Numbered from the whole stretch's first letter, positions 45,908 to 56,874 are shown. The stretch: DNA of 63,478 nt, filler included, from Candidatus Omnitrophota bacterium (GCA_015233495.1; 6 parts of 6 records of this genome joined end to end with filler, not necessarily neighbours in it), one strand, 5' to 3'. Numbers and translations are program-made. The notes: generated by a model from the sequence alone, not told the origin.

Positions 45908-48327
45908 TGCGCGAAAACCAAAATATCCCCCTGGCGTTCAATCCGCAGCTTCCCGCCTTCGCTGATCCTTCCGGAAATCAGCTCTTCGGCGAGGGGATCT
46001 TCGAGCAGACGCTGTATCGTCCGCTTTAACGGCCGAGCGCCGTAAACGGGGTCAAACCCTTTATCAATCAACAGACTGATCGCCGCCTCGGAAATCTCGG
46101 CGGTGACCGATTTGTCCTCCAAACGCTTCAATACGAAGTTGATCTCCAAACGCACAATCTCATGGAGATTCTCCCGCGTCAAAGATTTGAAAACGATGAT
46201 TTCATCCACCCGATTGAGAAATTCGGGCTTAAACGTTTTTTTCACCTCTTCTAACAAATTCGTTTTCATCCGGTCATAACTCACCTCTTCATTCGACGGG
46301 ACAAAGCCCAAAGAGCCTTGCTTGCGCAAAAGCTCCGCTCCGACGTTGGAGGTCATCAAGATAATCGTGTTGCGAAAATCCACTTTCCGCGCCAAACTGT
46401 CGGTCAACCGGCCTTCCTCGAACACCTGCAGCAGCAGGTTAAAGACATCCGGATGCGCCTTTTCAATTTCGTCGAGCAAAACCACCGAATAAGGTTTGCG
46501 CCGTACTTTTTCCGTAAGTTGTCCGCCTTCTTCATAACCGACATATCCCGGCGGCGCGCCGATCAAACGCGAGACGTTGAACTTATCCATATATTCCGAC
46601 ATGTCGATCTGAATCAATGCGTCTTTGGACCCAAACATAAATTCCGCCAGAGCCTGCGCCAATAATGTTTTCCCAACTCCAGTCGGGCCCAGAAAAATAA
46701 ACGACCCGATCGGCCGGCGGGGGTCTTTGATCCCGGCGCGGGAACGGCGCACCGCGCGGGCAATCGCGCTGATCGGCTCTTCCTGACCAATCACCACATT
46801 TTGCAAATGTTCTTCCATCGCCAGCAGTTTGGCTGTTTCCTTTTCCTCCAGACGGACAAGCGGAACCTTGGTCCATTGGGACACAACTTTCGCGATATCT
46901 TCATAACCGATGGTAATCGTATCTTTATCGCGTTCGGCGTTCCATTGGCGTTTGAGCGCCTCCAATTGTTCCCGCTTTTCCCGCTCCTTATCGCGCATCT
47001 GCGCCGCCTTCTCAAAATCTTGACTTTTGATATGGTCTTCTTTTTCCTGTTTCAAGGTCTCAATCTCTTCCTCCAGAGATTTTAAATCCGGGGGAACAAC
47101 CATCGCCTTCAGCCGCGCCCGCGACCCCGCCTCGTCAAGAATGTCGACGGCTTTATCCGGCAAAGCCCGGCCGCTGATATACCGCTCGGAAAGCGTCACC
47201 GCGGCGTCGATCGCTTCATCGGAGAATTTGACCCGGTGATGCGCCTCATACCGATCGCGCAAACCTTTCAAAATTTGGATCGCCTGTTCCGAAGTCGGGG
47301 GGTCAACCATAATCGTCTGGAACCGGCGTTCCAGGGCCGCGTCTTTTTCAATATGTTTGCGGTATTCATCCAGCGTCGTCGCGCCGATGCACTGAATCTC
47401 GCCGCGCGCTAACGCCGGCTTTAAAATATTCGCCGCGTCAATGGCGCCTTCCGCCGCGCCCGCGCCGACTAAGGTATGCAGCTCGTCGATAAATAAAATA
47501 ATCTTGCCGGAACGCTTGATCTCGTCCATAATGGCTTTGATCCGTTCTTCAAACTGGCCGCGGTATTTTGTCCCGGCGATCATCAGCGCCAAATCCAAGA
47601 CCACGATGGTTTTTTCGCGCAAGATCTCCGGAACATCGCCTTTAACCACGAGCTGGGCCAGCCCCTCGACAATCGCGGTCTTTCCCACGCCCGCTTCACC
47701 CAAAAGCACCGGATTATTTTTCGTACGCCGGCTCAAAATTTGTAAAATACGTTCGATTTCCTCATCGCGGCCAATGACCGGGTCCAATTTGCCGTCTTTG
47801 GCGAGCTTATTGAGATTTCGGCCATAGGCGTCTATCGCCGGGGTTTTATTGCCCGCCTTGGCCTGTTCTTGTTGATGAAATCCCGGAATCCCCGACCCCA
47901 GCAACTCCATTACCTCATTGCGCAGTTTGCCCAAATCCAATCCGAGATTAAGCAAAACCCGATACGCCATGCCCTCGCCTTCTTTAACCAAGCCTAAAAG
48001 CAAATGCTCCGTGCCGATATAATTATGGCCCAAAGCGCGCGCTTCTTCCGCCGACAATTCCAAAGCTTTTTTCGAACGCGGCGTAAACGGGATGTCGCCG
48101 ATCACCTGTGTCTGCGGGCCGGCTTGCACTAATTTCTCGACTTCAATGCGGATGGTTTCCAAATCTAGCCCGAGTTTCTGCAGCACTGCCGCGGCCACGC
48201 CTTCCCCTTCCCGGACCAGCCCCAACAACAAATGTTCCGTCCCGATATAATCATGGTTAAAGCGCCGGGCTTCTTCTTTGGCGTAAACAATGACTTTGCG
48301 CGCGCGTTCCGTAAATCGATTAAACAT
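45904..48327 (-). CDS. clpC: ATP-dependent Clp protease ATPase ClpC
   Basis: [12 protein letters not shown], two Clp-N repeats ([11 protein letters not shown]), [11 protein letters not shown] coil, [15 protein letters not shown]. Confidence 0.97.
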   Translation of the reverse strand: MFNRFTERARKVIVYAKEEARRFNHDYIGTEHLLLGLVREGEGVAAAVLQKLGLDLETIRIEVEKLVQAGPQTQVIGDIPFTPRSKKALELSAEEARALGHNYIGTEHLLLGLVKEGEGMAYRVLLNLGLDLGKLRNEVMELLGSGIPGFHQQEQAKAGNKTPAIDAYGRNLNKLAKDGKLDPVIGRDEEIERILQILSRRTKNNPVLLGEAGVGKTAIVEGLAQLVVKGDVPEILREKTIVVLDLALMIAGTKYRGQFEERIKAIMDEIKRSGKIILFIDELHTLVGAGAAEGAIDAANILKPALARGEIQCIGATTLDEYRKHIEKDAALERRFQTIMVDPPTSEQAIQILKGLRDRYEAHHRVKFSDEAIDAAVTLSERYISGRALPDKAVDILDEAGSRARLKAMVVPPDLKSLEEEIETLKQEKEDHIKSQDFEKAAQMRDKEREKREQLEALKRQWNAERDKDTITIGYEDIAKVVSQWTKVPLVRLEEKETAKLLAMEEHLQNVVIGQEEPISAIARAVRRSRAGIKDPRRPIGSFIFLGPTGVGKTLLAQALAEFMFGSKDALIQIDMSEYMDKFNVSRLIGAPPGYVGYEEGGQLTEKVRRKPYSVVLLDEIEKAHPDVFNLLLQVFEEGRLTDSLARKVDFRNTIILMTSNVGAELLRKQGSLGFVPSNEEVSYDRMKTNLLEEVKKTFKPEFLNRVDEIIVFKSLTRENLHEIVRLEINFVLKRLEDKSVTAEISEAAISLLIDKGFDPVYGARPLKRTIQRLLEDPLAEELISGRISEGGKLRIERQGDILVFAQ

Positions 48328-48328
48328 C

Positions 48329-49381
48329 TCAATCCCCTCCTAATTTTTCCCGGATCAAATTCGCCCGTTTAACATCGCGTTCGCCGGCGGATAACTTTTT
48401 TCCGTCGAATTTCTGCAAATGCGCCGGCTGAATCAAGATAAACAGTTCGTTGATCGCTTTTAAAGTGACTCCTTTGACAATATCCAAATCCACGCCCAGT
48501 CGGACCATGGAAAGCAGCTCAATTGTTTCCTGGCTTGAAATTATCCGCGAGGACCGCAACAGCCCCCACGACCGGAATATTTTATCTTCCAGCATCGGCC
48601 GGTTTTGCAGTAACAACGCCTGCCGGGCCTGCTCTTCCTGCTCGATAACCTGACGGATCAAACCATTGATATTCTGAATCATGTCCTGCTCAGTGTGTCC
48701 TAAAGACACCTGATTCGAAATCTGATAAAAATTTCCGCTGGCCTGGGTACCTTCGCCGTAAAACCCGCGGGACGCGAAGTTCAGCTTCGCAACCGCCGCC
48801 AAAACCTTATTGATCTGTTTGGTCATGACCAAAGCCGGCAAATGCAGCATCACTGATCCGCGAATCGCGGTCCCGGTGTTGGTCGGACAAGCCGTCAGAT
48901 AACCCCACTGCGGCAAAAAAGCGAAATTCAATTTTTCGGACAACGCGTTATCAATCGCATCGGCGATCTGCCAGGTGTCGTCTAAATTCAAACCCGATTG
49001 CAGGACCTGGATCCGCAAGTGATCTTCTTCATTGATCATTACGGACAACACTTCTTCGGAGGAAACGACCAACCCTTTGCCTTCTGGGTTCACGGCATGA
49101 TCGTGACTCATCAAGTGACGCTCAATCAAAAACTGCCGGTCGACATTATCCATTTCGCTGATCCGGAAAAACGCGGCGTTCTTAAAATATTCCGTGCCTA
49201 AAATGGCCGCGCGAATATTTTCCAAACTTTCGTTCAATTCTTTTTTATTCGCCCGGTTGGGAAACGGTTTCAAGGCCAGGTTGCGCGCCAAACGAATGCG
49301 CGAAGAAACGACAATGTTCGCGAAACTGCCGGAACCCTTCAACCATTCCCCTGTACGGCGTAAAAATTCATCTAAGCTCAT
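48329..49381 (-). CDS. mcsB: protein-arginine kinase McsB
   Basis: [57 protein letters not shown]. Confidence 0.95.
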   Translation of the reverse strand: MSLDEFLRRTGEWLKGSGSFANIVVSSRIRLARNLALKPFPNRANKKELNESLENIRAAILGTEYFKNAAFFRISEMDNVDRQFLIERHLMSHDHAVNPEGKGLVVSSEEVLSVMINEEDHLRIQVLQSGLNLDDTWQIADAIDNALSEKLNFAFLPQWGYLTACPTNTGTAIRGSVMLHLPALVMTKQINKVLAAVAKLNFASRGFYGEGTQASGNFYQISNQVSLGHTEQDMIQNINGLIRQVIEQEEQARQALLLQNRPMLEDKIFRSWGLLRSSRIISSQETIELLSMVRLGVDLDIVKGVTLKAINELFILIQPAHLQKFDGKKLSAGERDVKRANLIREKLGGD

Positions 49382-49395
49382 AGGATTATCCTTTA

Positions 49396-49425
49396 AAGAC
49401 ACAAGACACAAGACACAAGTCACAA
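49396..49425 (+). repeat. heptamer tandem repeat (AAGACAC)x4
   Basis: aagacac aagacac aagacac aagtcac aa between ilvE and mcsB. Confidence 0.9.
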
Positions 49426-49437
49426 ATTTTCAGGTTT

Positions 49438-50307
49438 CTAAATTTCATATCTCACCCCGTCGGTTTTCGTAGCCGACTGAAATAATTTCAACATTTTCAA
49501 AGTCACGACTCCCGGTTTGCCGTCTCCGATAATCCGGCCGTCCACCTTAACCACCGGGATCAATTCCGCCGCTGTCCCGGTTAAAAAACACTCGTCTGCG
49601 GTATAGACCTCATGGCGGGTGATCAGCCGCTCTTCCGTCTTTATTTTACACCGATTCGCGAGATCCAGCACGCATTCTCGCGTAATCCCTTTTAACCGCC
49701 CCTGGCTCGGCGTAGACAACGCCCCTTTTTTATAAATAAAAATGTTGTCGCCCGTGCATTCCGCCACAAAACCCAGATGGTCGAGCATGATCGCCTCGCT
49801 GAATCCCGAATTCGCGGCCTCAATCTTTGCAAGAATGTTGTTAAGATAATTCAAGGATTTGAGCATCGGATTCAACGCCTCCGGACAATTGCGTATCGTC
49901 GGAACAGTAATAATCGCCATGCCGTTTTGATAAAGTTCTTTCGGGTACAAGGTGATTTTATCCGTAATGATAATGATGTTCGGTTTGCCGTAACATTTGC
50001 GCGGATCTAATCCCAGATCGCCTTCGCCGCGGGTCACCACCAAACGGATGTAGGCATCGCGAAGTTTGTTTTTTTGCAGCGTATGAACTACCGCTTTGAT
50101 CATCTGCGGGCGGGTCAATGGCACGGAGATCAAAAGCGTGTGCAACGTTTCATAAAGCCGGTCGATATGCTCAGCCAAGCGAAAAACCACCCCGTTATAA
50201 GAACGGATCCCCTCAAACGCTCCGTCGCCATAAAGCAAGCCGTGATCAAACACCGAAACCTTGGCCTGCTCCCGTTCCACAAATTCACCGTTCATGTAAA
50301 TTTTCAT
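49438..50307 (-). CDS. ilvE: branched-chain amino acid aminotransferase
   Basis: SVFDHGLLYGDG.FEGIR, YIRLVVTRG.G.LGLDP, KSLNYLNN, GITR, ADECFLTGTAAE. Confidence 0.96.
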   Translation of the reverse strand: MKIYMNGEFVEREQAKVSVFDHGLLYGDGAFEGIRSYNGVVFRLAEHIDRLYETLHTLLISVPLTRPQMIKAVVHTLQKNKLRDAYIRLVVTRGEGDLGLDPRKCYGKPNIIIITDKITLYPKELYQNGMAIITVPTIRNCPEALNPMLKSLNYLNNILAKIEAANSGFSEAIMLDHLGFVAECTGDNIFIYKKGALSTPSQGRLKGITRECVLDLANRCKIKTEERLITRHEVYTADECFLTGTAAELIPVVKVDGRIIGDGKPGVVTLKMLKLFQSATKTDGVRYEI

Positions 50308-50335
50308 AGTTTTAACCCCTGTCAGTTAATAATTT

Positions 50336-50406
50336 GTGACCCACACTTAATTCGGCAGTTGCTTTGTTGTGTCATTATCGGCCGTGCCGAATTAAGTGTA
50401 TGTCAC
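50336..50406. repeat. 22-bp inverted repeat filling the lolD-ilvE spacer
   Basis: GTGACCCACACTTAATTCGGCA ... TGCCGAATTAAGTGTATGTCAC (20/22). Confidence 0.75.
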
Positions 50407-51078
50407 CTATACCAATATCCCGTCTTTCATCCGCACGGTACGCCCGGTTAAACGGGCAATATGCTCGTCGTGCGTGATGATCAAGAGCGTCTGTCCGTTC
50501 TGCTGATTCAGCTCTAATAAGAGTTTAATCACCTCATCGCTGGACTGCGAATCCAGATTACCCGTCGGCTCATCACAAAAAATCAAATCCGGCTGATTGA
50601 TGAGCGCCCGGGCAATGGCCACCCTTTGCTGTTCCCCGCCGGAAAGCTGGTTCGGTTTATGCTCAGTGCGACTGCCCAATCCCACCCGGGCCAAGACAGC
50701 TTTCGCTTTTTGTTCAAACTGCCGGACCTGGCTGGTATCCGCGTTAATCAAAGCGGGCAGCGCCACATTTTCCCAAGCTGTAAACTCCGGCAATAAATGA
50801 TAAAACTGAAACACAAACCCAATTTTGGCGTTACGCAAAAACGCCCGTTTTTCATCGGAAAACGCGTACAAATCTTCGCCGCTTACCAACACTTTGCCGC
50901 TGTTCGGCGCGTCTAATCCGCCGAGGATATGGAGCAAAGTCGACTTACCCGCTCCGGAAGGACCGACAATCGCCACAGTTTCGCCGATCCGCACGTGCAG
51001 ACTCACCCCTTTGAGCACTTCGAGCTTTGTCGCAAGATCCGAATAAGATTTTGTAATGTTCTTGGCTTCAAGCAGCAT
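50407..51078 (-). CDS. lolD: lipoprotein-releasing ABC transporter ATPase LolD
   Basis: GPSGAGKSTLLHILGGLD, GFVFQFYHLLPEF, LSGGEQQRVAIARAL, DEPTGNLD. Confidence 0.9.
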   Translation of the reverse strand: MLLEAKNITKSYSDLATKLEVLKGVSLHVRIGETVAIVGPSGAGKSTLLHILGGLDAPNSGKVLVSGEDLYAFSDEKRAFLRNAKIGFVFQFYHLLPEFTAWENVALPALINADTSQVRQFEQKAKAVLARVGLGSRTEHKPNQLSGGEQQRVAIARALINQPDLIFCDEPTGNLDSQSSDEVIKLLLELNQQNGQTLLIITHDEHIARLTGRTVRMKDGILV

Positions 51079-51089
51079 ACGAACCTTTT

Positions 51090-51215
51090 AAAGACACACG
51101 ACACAAGTCAGGTTGTTTTGGCAATTTATATATTTTGTTGTATGGGCCTGAGTTTCATTTTTCAAAAAGAACGATCAGGCAGAATACTTGTGTCTTGTGT
51201 CCTTGTGTCTTGTGT
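51090..51215. repeat. inverted blocks of the GACACAA heptamer
   Basis: aagacacacgacacaagtca (about 51090-51109) facing ttgtgtcttgtgtccttgtgtcttgtgtc (about 51188-51216). Confidence 0.75.
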
Positions 51216-52408
51216 CATTCATACCGCAAAGCCTCCACCGGCTCCAATGAAGCCGCCCGAGACGCGGGATAGATCGTTGATAAGTACGTGATCAGCAACG
51301 CGGCCGCGACAATCACCGCCATATCCGACAACTGCAGTTCCACAGGCACGTGCTTGATCGAATAAATTTCTTCCGGAACGCGGATATAGGTCCGCAAAAT
51401 ATAACTCACTGCCACGCCGCTCATCACGCCCCAGACCATTCCCAAGACGCCGATGAAAACGCCTTGCTGAATAAAAATCCGGCGGATCGACCGCTTCGAA
51501 GCTCCCATGGATTTCAAAACACCGATGTCATGCACTTTGCTCGTTACGGTGACGATGAGCGTGCTGATAATGTTAAACGAAGCGATCAAGACCATTAATG
51601 TTAAAATGATAAACAATCCCCATTTTTCCAAAAACAAAGCCTCAAACAAATTTCGGTTGATATCTACCCAGGTGCGGACTAAAAATCCATAGCCGATTTT
51701 CGCGTAAATATTTTTTTTCATATCCTTAGCCGCGGTCGGTTCATCGAGTTTAACCCCGATACCCGTGACCCGGGCTGCCGGAAAATCAAAAATTTTCTGC
51801 GCGGTGGTCAGAGACACAATGACCAGATTGCCGTCGTAATCGACCATCCCGGTGGTAAAAATGCCTGCCACCTTGACCTGATGCCGCCACCCCTGACCGG
51901 ACAACCCCGCGCCCGGGGTGATCAAGGTGATGGCGTCGCCGAGCGAAAAGCCGAAATACCGCGCCATTTCCGACCCAATCAAAACTGACCCCTCCTGCAA
52001 ATCCGCGAGCCGACCTTTCACCAAATATTGGTCGACCTTGGTTATCCGGCTTTCGGTTTTCGGATCAATGCCGCGCACCGCTACCCCCACCGCGTGGCCG
52101 CTGTCCTCGATGAAAACACTGCCCTGAATGTAGGGTGAGACCGCTTTCACACCTTCAATGCCCGCAACCGTTTGGGCCAGATCCGCATAACCGTTGATCC
52201 CGTTTTCTTTCTCGATCATCACGTGCGGGGTGGTGCCGATGATTTTCTCGCGCAGATTATTGCCAAACCCGGTCATCACGCCCGTGACCACGATCAAGGC
52301 CATCACGCCGATCGCCACGCCGGCAATGGAAATAAAATTCAAAAACGACAAAAAATGTCCTTTGCCGGAAACCAAATACCGATAACTGATCCAACGTTCA
52401 TAATGCAT
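51215..52408 (-). CDS. lipoprotein-releasing ABC transporter permease LolC/E
   Basis: ISIAGVAIGVMALIVV.GVM.GF, W.D.N.NLFEAL.LEK, IASFNIISTL, YPASRAA.LEPVEALRYE. Confidence 0.92.
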   Translation of the reverse strand: MHYERWISYRYLVSGKGHFLSFLNFISIAGVAIGVMALIVVTGVMTGFGNNLREKIIGTTPHVMIEKENGINGYADLAQTVAGIEGVKAVSPYIQGSVFIEDSGHAVGVAVRGIDPKTESRITKVDQYLVKGRLADLQEGSVLIGSEMARYFGFSLGDAITLITPGAGLSGQGWRHQVKVAGIFTTGMVDYDGNLVIVSLTTAQKIFDFPAARVTGIGVKLDEPTAAKDMKKNIYAKIGYGFLVRTWVDINRNLFEALFLEKWGLFIILTLMVLIASFNIISTLIVTVTSKVHDIGVLKSMGASKRSIRRIFIQQGVFIGVLGMVWGVMSGVAVSYILRTYIRVPEEIYSIKHVPVELQLSDMAVIVAAALLITYLSTIYPASRAASLEPVEALRYE

Positions 52409-52458
52409 AATTTTTTCCTGGTGCCGGGACCTCCAGCCAACCCTAAGCTGGCTAAAGG

Positions 52459-53895
52459 TCAAACAAGCGGTTTCATGAGCGGGAACAAAATCACGTCCCG
52501 AATTGAAGGCGAATCCGTCAAAAGCATGACGAGCCGGTCAATGCCGATCCCCAAGCCCCCGGCCGGCGGCATGCCATGCTCGAGCGCGTGAATATAATCC
52601 TCGTCAATCGTCCGGTTGCCGGTTTCAATATCATCCTCTAAATCTTCCAAAAATCTGGCCTTCTGCTCCTGCGGGTCATTCAACTCGGAATAAGCGTTGC
52701 CAATTTCCATACCCGCGACAAAACATTCAAACCGGTCGGAAATCAGCGGATTGTCCTTAACCGTCTTTGCCAACGGGCAAAGGAAGGTAAAATATTCCGT
52801 GAAAAACAACGGCTTCATGATCTTATCTTCGTCGAGCAATTCCTCGGCGATTTTCATGACCGCGGACTTGGTCAACCGTTCCACCTTGATTGCGTGGCCT
52901 TTAACTTTTGATACCTTCGCCATCATGGTCTCCGCGGAATCGCCCGGGTCAATATCAAATTTGCGCTTCATGATCCCGGCGAAAGACCGGCGCTCCCACG
53001 GCGGAGTAAAATCAATTTCCTGCCCCTGAAACATGACTTTGTAAGAACCGGTGATTTCCTTGGCCAGATAGCTTACCATCTCTTCCGTCAGCCGCATCAT
53101 AGCCTCGCAGTCGCCATACGCCTGATACAATTCCAACATCGTGAATTCCGGATTATGCCGCGTCGAGACACCTTCATTGCGAAAATTCCGGTTCATTTCA
53201 TACACCCGATCCAGCCCGCCGACCAAAAGCCGCTTCAAATATAATTCCGGCGCGATGCGCATATACACGTCCATGCCGTAAGCGTTATGCGTGCTTTTAA
53301 ACGGCCGGCCCCGCGCCCCGCCCGGCATGGATTGCAGCATCGGGGTTTCAACCTCCAAAAACCCGCGCGAATCCAAAAACTGCCGAATGAGCGACGTGAT
53401 CCGGCTGCGCTTGATAAACACTTCCTTCACTTGCGGATTAGCGATCAAATCCAAATAACGCTGACGATAACGCAAATCCACATCTTTAAGACCATGCCAC
53501 TTTTCCGGCAAGACCATCAGCGACTTAGACAGCATCGTAAGTTTTTCCACCCGAATGCTTTGCTGTCCGGTCTTCGTCATAAACAAAGCGCCGGCCACTC
53601 CGATCATATCGCCGATATCCACCAATTTCAGCAATTCCGGGTCAACCAAATCCTGCTTTATAAACACCTGCATCCGGCCGCTCTGGTCCACCAAATCCCC
53701 AAACATGACCTTGCCATGACTGCGCACTGCGACGAGCCGACCGGCCAAAACCACAGGTTTATTTTCCTCAAACTCCGCCAAAGTCGCCGCAATACTCCCG
53801 GTAGTTTCAAACCGGCCGCCGTAAGGATCAATGCCTTTTTCCTTCAAATAAGCCAATTTTTCAATCCTAATCCCTCTGATTTCATCTGCTTCCAT
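52459..53895 (-). CDS. lysS: lysyl-tRNA synthetase (class II)
   Basis: LPEKWHGLKD...RYRQRYLDL, IAPELYLKRL.VGG, FRNEG....HNPEFTMLE, GMPPAGGLGIGIDRL. Confidence 0.97.
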   Translation of the reverse strand: MEADEIRGIRIEKLAYLKEKGIDPYGGRFETTGSIAATLAEFEENKPVVLAGRLVAVRSHGKVMFGDLVDQSGRMQVFIKQDLVDPELLKLVDIGDMIGVAGALFMTKTGQQSIRVEKLTMLSKSLMVLPEKWHGLKDVDLRYRQRYLDLIANPQVKEVFIKRSRITSLIRQFLDSRGFLEVETPMLQSMPGGARGRPFKSTHNAYGMDVYMRIAPELYLKRLLVGGLDRVYEMNRNFRNEGVSTRHNPEFTMLELYQAYGDCEAMMRLTEEMVSYLAKEITGSYKVMFQGQEIDFTPPWERRSFAGIMKRKFDIDPGDSAETMMAKVSKVKGHAIKVERLTKSAVMKIAEELLDEDKIMKPLFFTEYFTFLCPLAKTVKDNPLISDRFECFVAGMEIGNAYSELNDPQEQKARFLEDLEDDIETGNRTIDEDYIHALEHGMPPAGGLGIGIDRLVMLLTDSPSIRDVILFPLMKPLV

Positions 53896-53943
53896 AAATA
53901 GTTTCCTTCGATTTGAAAAAACCTGAATTGCTGCCGGCAGACC

Positions 53944-53975
53944 AGCTCGGCCCACACAATTTGGACAGCAATGAT
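53944..53975 (+). repeat. partial REP plus CAATTTGGACAGCA repeat
   Basis: agctcggccc-acacaatttggacagcaatgat resembles 59452-59487. Confidence 0.65.
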
Positions 53976-54114
53976 ATAAACAATTAAATAATTGCCCCTC
54001 TAAAAAATCGTTTGATTATATAGAAAAACCGGCGGCTCCGCAATAAAAAACAAGGACAAGACTCCGCGTCCCCGAGGAAACGATAATCTTAGCCGCTTAC
54101 GTTAATAAGAAAGG

Positions 54115-55173
54115 CTACGGTATGCTCAACTGTACTTGGGCCTGCGGAAGAGCAATCAAACTCAGACCGGCGAGAATTTCTTGCGGTGTCCGATTAGTTT
54201 CGAGTTGGGCGAGCATATCTTTTAACGGATCGGTTTGGTCGCCGGCCTGCCCCTGATTCGCAAGCCCGGTTTGGGTTTCCTCCAACCGAAAAATATCGGA
54301 TAGACAGCCTAGAATTTTGTTCAAGTCGCGTCCCAATACCTGTTTCTGACAGCAAGCCATCAAAAACTGCTTCATCCGCGCATTGGAAGGAATCACCCCC
54401 TCATTGACTAAGTTTTGAATGCGACTCCATTCGGAAAAAATATCAATTTTTTCTAATTGACTGATAGGCAACGCAGTTAACTGTCCTTTCAGCGCTCCAA
54501 CCGATCTCTTTCCGTTTGGCGCGCGGCTTTTCAAATCCTTAAAATCAATCCCGCCCAGTTTATCCGGGGTAGAAATTCCCAAAGCTGACGTAGGCCGACC
54601 AATGGCCGGAACCGAAACCGGCGAACTGGTTTTTTGCCGCACCCGGACTTTCCAGCCGTAATACAAATTAGGATGTCCTCCCGCGTTATCTAACTTTAAA
54701 TCCTGCGGCGCTGGTTCCCATTTCAAACGCATATCGCTGATTTCTTTTATCAGCTCCCCTTCCCCTGGAATCGGCATTTCGGATAAAGCAAGATCCGCAG
54801 GAAATTCTGATCCGCCGTCGTATACTTCATTCCAAGTGATATAAAAATCATCTGTAACAAAGCTTCCCCCGGCGCGCATATGTTTATAAATCTCCTTAAT
54901 AAATGGCGGATGTTGCGCATAAGCCCCAATGCCTACCCCGGCCCGTTGATAATAAACATCAATGCCATTTTGCAGAACATTTTGCAGTTTTTCCGGATAC
55001 GGTTTCGCTTGCTGCGTAATATCCCCATTGATAAATGTTATAGCATATTTTTGAGAGCCTGCCGAACCCGGGTATTGCCAATCAAAAGCGATCCGGGGAT
55101 ATCCGTCATTCGTATCCACCTGAATTTTCTGCCTGTCAACCCCCAAAGCATCAAGTTCTGGGAATGATACCAT
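54115..55173 (-). CDS. hypothetical protein with SSPV linker and GGIDF C-terminal module
   Basis: 352-aa ORF near the contig end; in-frame TAA at 55180-55182 just upstream; possibly a gene remnant. Confidence 0.55.
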   Translation of the reverse strand: MVSFPELDALGVDRQKIQVDTNDGYPRIAFDWQYPGSAGSQKYAITFINGDITQQAKPYPEKLQNVLQNGIDVYYQRAGVGIGAYAQHPPFIKEIYKHMRAGGSFVTDDFYITWNEVYDGGSEFPADLALSEMPIPGEGELIKEISDMRLKWEPAPQDLKLDNAGGHPNLYYGWKVRVRQKTSSPVSVPAIGRPTSALGISTPDKLGGIDFKDLKSRAPNGKRSVGALKGQLTALPISQLEKIDIFSEWSRIQNLVNEGVIPSNARMKQFLMACCQKQVLGRDLNKILGCLSDIFRLEETQTGLANQGQAGDQTDPLKDMLAQLETNRTPQEILAGLSLIALPQAQVQLSIP

Positions 55174-55283
55174 AGATCCTTACCCCCTATTCCCTGGGGG
55201 GGCGAAAAAAATTTTAATCATCAAAGCCGATATCTTTGAGGAGCTCCGGGCTCGATATGAAGCATTTTGCCGGGGTCATATAG

Positions 55284-55383
55284 NNNNNNNNNNNNNNNNN
55301 NNNNNNNNNNNNNNNNNNNNNNNNNNNTTAATTAATTAANNNNNNNNNNNNNNNNNNNNNNNNNNNNNNNNNNNNNNNNNNNN
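55284..55383. other. artificial contig linker
   Basis: N-run/TTAATTAATTAA/N-run. Confidence 0.98.
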
Positions 55384-56018
55384 CTGCCGCATATTGTCGA
55401 AGGACGGAAATATCGGCACTTGGTATTGGTTGTCTTAGAAAATTCTCGAACCAACAATTCCGCTTCCGCTTTTGTTTTTTCATAAGGATTTCTAAATTGT
55501 CTTCTTAAGTCAATCTGATTTGGTAAAATATCGCCCGATGCTTTCCCACAAGAATAAGCGCTTCCGACGTAAGAGAATTCTTTCACATTCAAATTGGAGG
55601 CCAATTGTAATATTTGTTTTGTCCCGTAGACATTTGTTTTATAAAGCGCTTCCGTCACTGCCTCGGAACTACGAAAATCCGTCAACGCCGCTATGTGAAA
55701 GAAAAAATCAATCAAACTCGATTTTAATTCTTTATAATCCTCTTGGCTTAGTCGTAATTTGTCCTCGACTAAATCCATCTCCATCGCGCGCACGGATTCC
55801 AAAGATTCACGACTATCTGTGAAACCGCAATAACCCCGGCCGTCATCGTTAATAATTTCATCAATCCTTTCCCGCAAACTTTTTCCGGGGGATCTTCTGC
55901 CGAGCACAAAAATTTCTAAAGAGCCTAAATTATTTCGTTGTTGTTTTAGGATTTCAAACAACAAATTGCGGCCCAAAAGCCCAGTCGCGCCAGTTATTGC
56001 TATTCTTAATTTTTTCAT
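55384..56018 (-). CDS. extended SDR / fatty acyl-reductase-like oxidoreductase, 3'-truncated
   Basis: ITGATGLLG, HIAALTDF, NVYGT, YEKTKAEAE (YxxxK), FRPS. Confidence 0.85.
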
Positions 56019-56071
56019 ACGAGCAGTCCTGCCAGGTTGATTAAACTTTAAGTTGAAAATTTATGTTATCT

Positions 56072-56329
56072 TTAATTTAACAAAAATCTTGGTAAACTTA
56101 AAGGAAAAATCGTTAAAAAACGCTGATTTGAGGCCATCTGCCGGACTCGATATAATCCTAATCCTGTCCCTTCGGAAGATCCTTTGGTTGTGGCGGGGGT
56201 CGTAAAAATACCTTCCAGGATTTTTTGCGGCATACCGTATCCATTGTCATGGACTTCAATCCGAACGTGTTTGTTTTGGGAAAAGACTTTTAAAATTAAC
56301 CCAAATGGCGCGCCCAACTGAGGCCACAA
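56072..56329 (-). pseudogene. histidine kinase HATPase_c remnant
   Basis: G1-F-G2 boxes only (VHDNGYGM, IF...TTK, GTGLGL); no N box or HisKA. Confidence 0.55.
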
Positions 56330-56353
56330 CGATGCGGATCTGCAAAATCTTGC

Positions 56354-56809
56354 TCATTGAACCGCGTTCGGCTTATGCAGACAACAACCAGCATTGTTTT
56401 CGCGTAAAATGGAAGCAACAATTACGCCTTGCAGCGGAACAAGTACCAGCATCGAAAGTGTCCAATAAACGATCACTGTGGTATTAACCGTCATAAACGT
56501 ATATGTAGCGATCATCCCCGGCACGATTCCTGCTGCCCATATACACAAACCATAAACCAAGCCTTTTTGGATTATTCTCATTCCCGCAAAAGCCTGGCTC
56601 ACCAATTGATATCCCGCCACAAAAAGCAAAGAAGCCAAGCACATTCCCACGAATAATCTCGCGCTCGGTTCCATCGGACGCCATACATTCGTCGGCGGCA
56701 GGCGATATACCCAGCTAAAAACCCCGCCGCACAAAGTCACTCCGGCAAACATCTTAAATACAAACACCGCACCGGCTGCTAATAATTTTTTTCCACAATC
56801 GCACTGCAT
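56354..56809 (-). CDS. small 4-TM membrane protein
   Basis: four hydrophobic helices, KGLVYGL.IW..G..PG motif; GAGGAGG RBS. Confidence 0.75.
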   Translation of the reverse strand: MQCDCGKKLLAAGAVFVFKMFAGVTLCGGVFSWVYRLPPTNVWRPMEPSARLFVGMCLASLLFVAGYQLVSQAFAGMRIIQKGLVYGLCIWAAGIVPGMIATYTFMTVNTTVIVYWTLSMLVLVPLQGVIVASILRENNAGCCLHKPNAVQ

Positions 56810-56874
56810 ATTTCCTCCTCAGTAAAAAGTTAAAACCCCATTTTTTCCTGATTTCTTTGACCGCCCAGCACTCT

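Noticed and set aside
49396..49425. CtsR operator upstream of mcsB-clpC
   Set aside because: Does not match RGTCAAA-NAN-RGTCAAA, and the same heptamer occurs between lolC/E and lolD.
11420..55383. TTAATTAATTAA repeated about every 11 kb
   Set aside because: Artificial six-frame-stop linker. The complete contigs decrease in size (11373, 11053, 10612, 10426 bp), so adjacency across linkers is meaningless.
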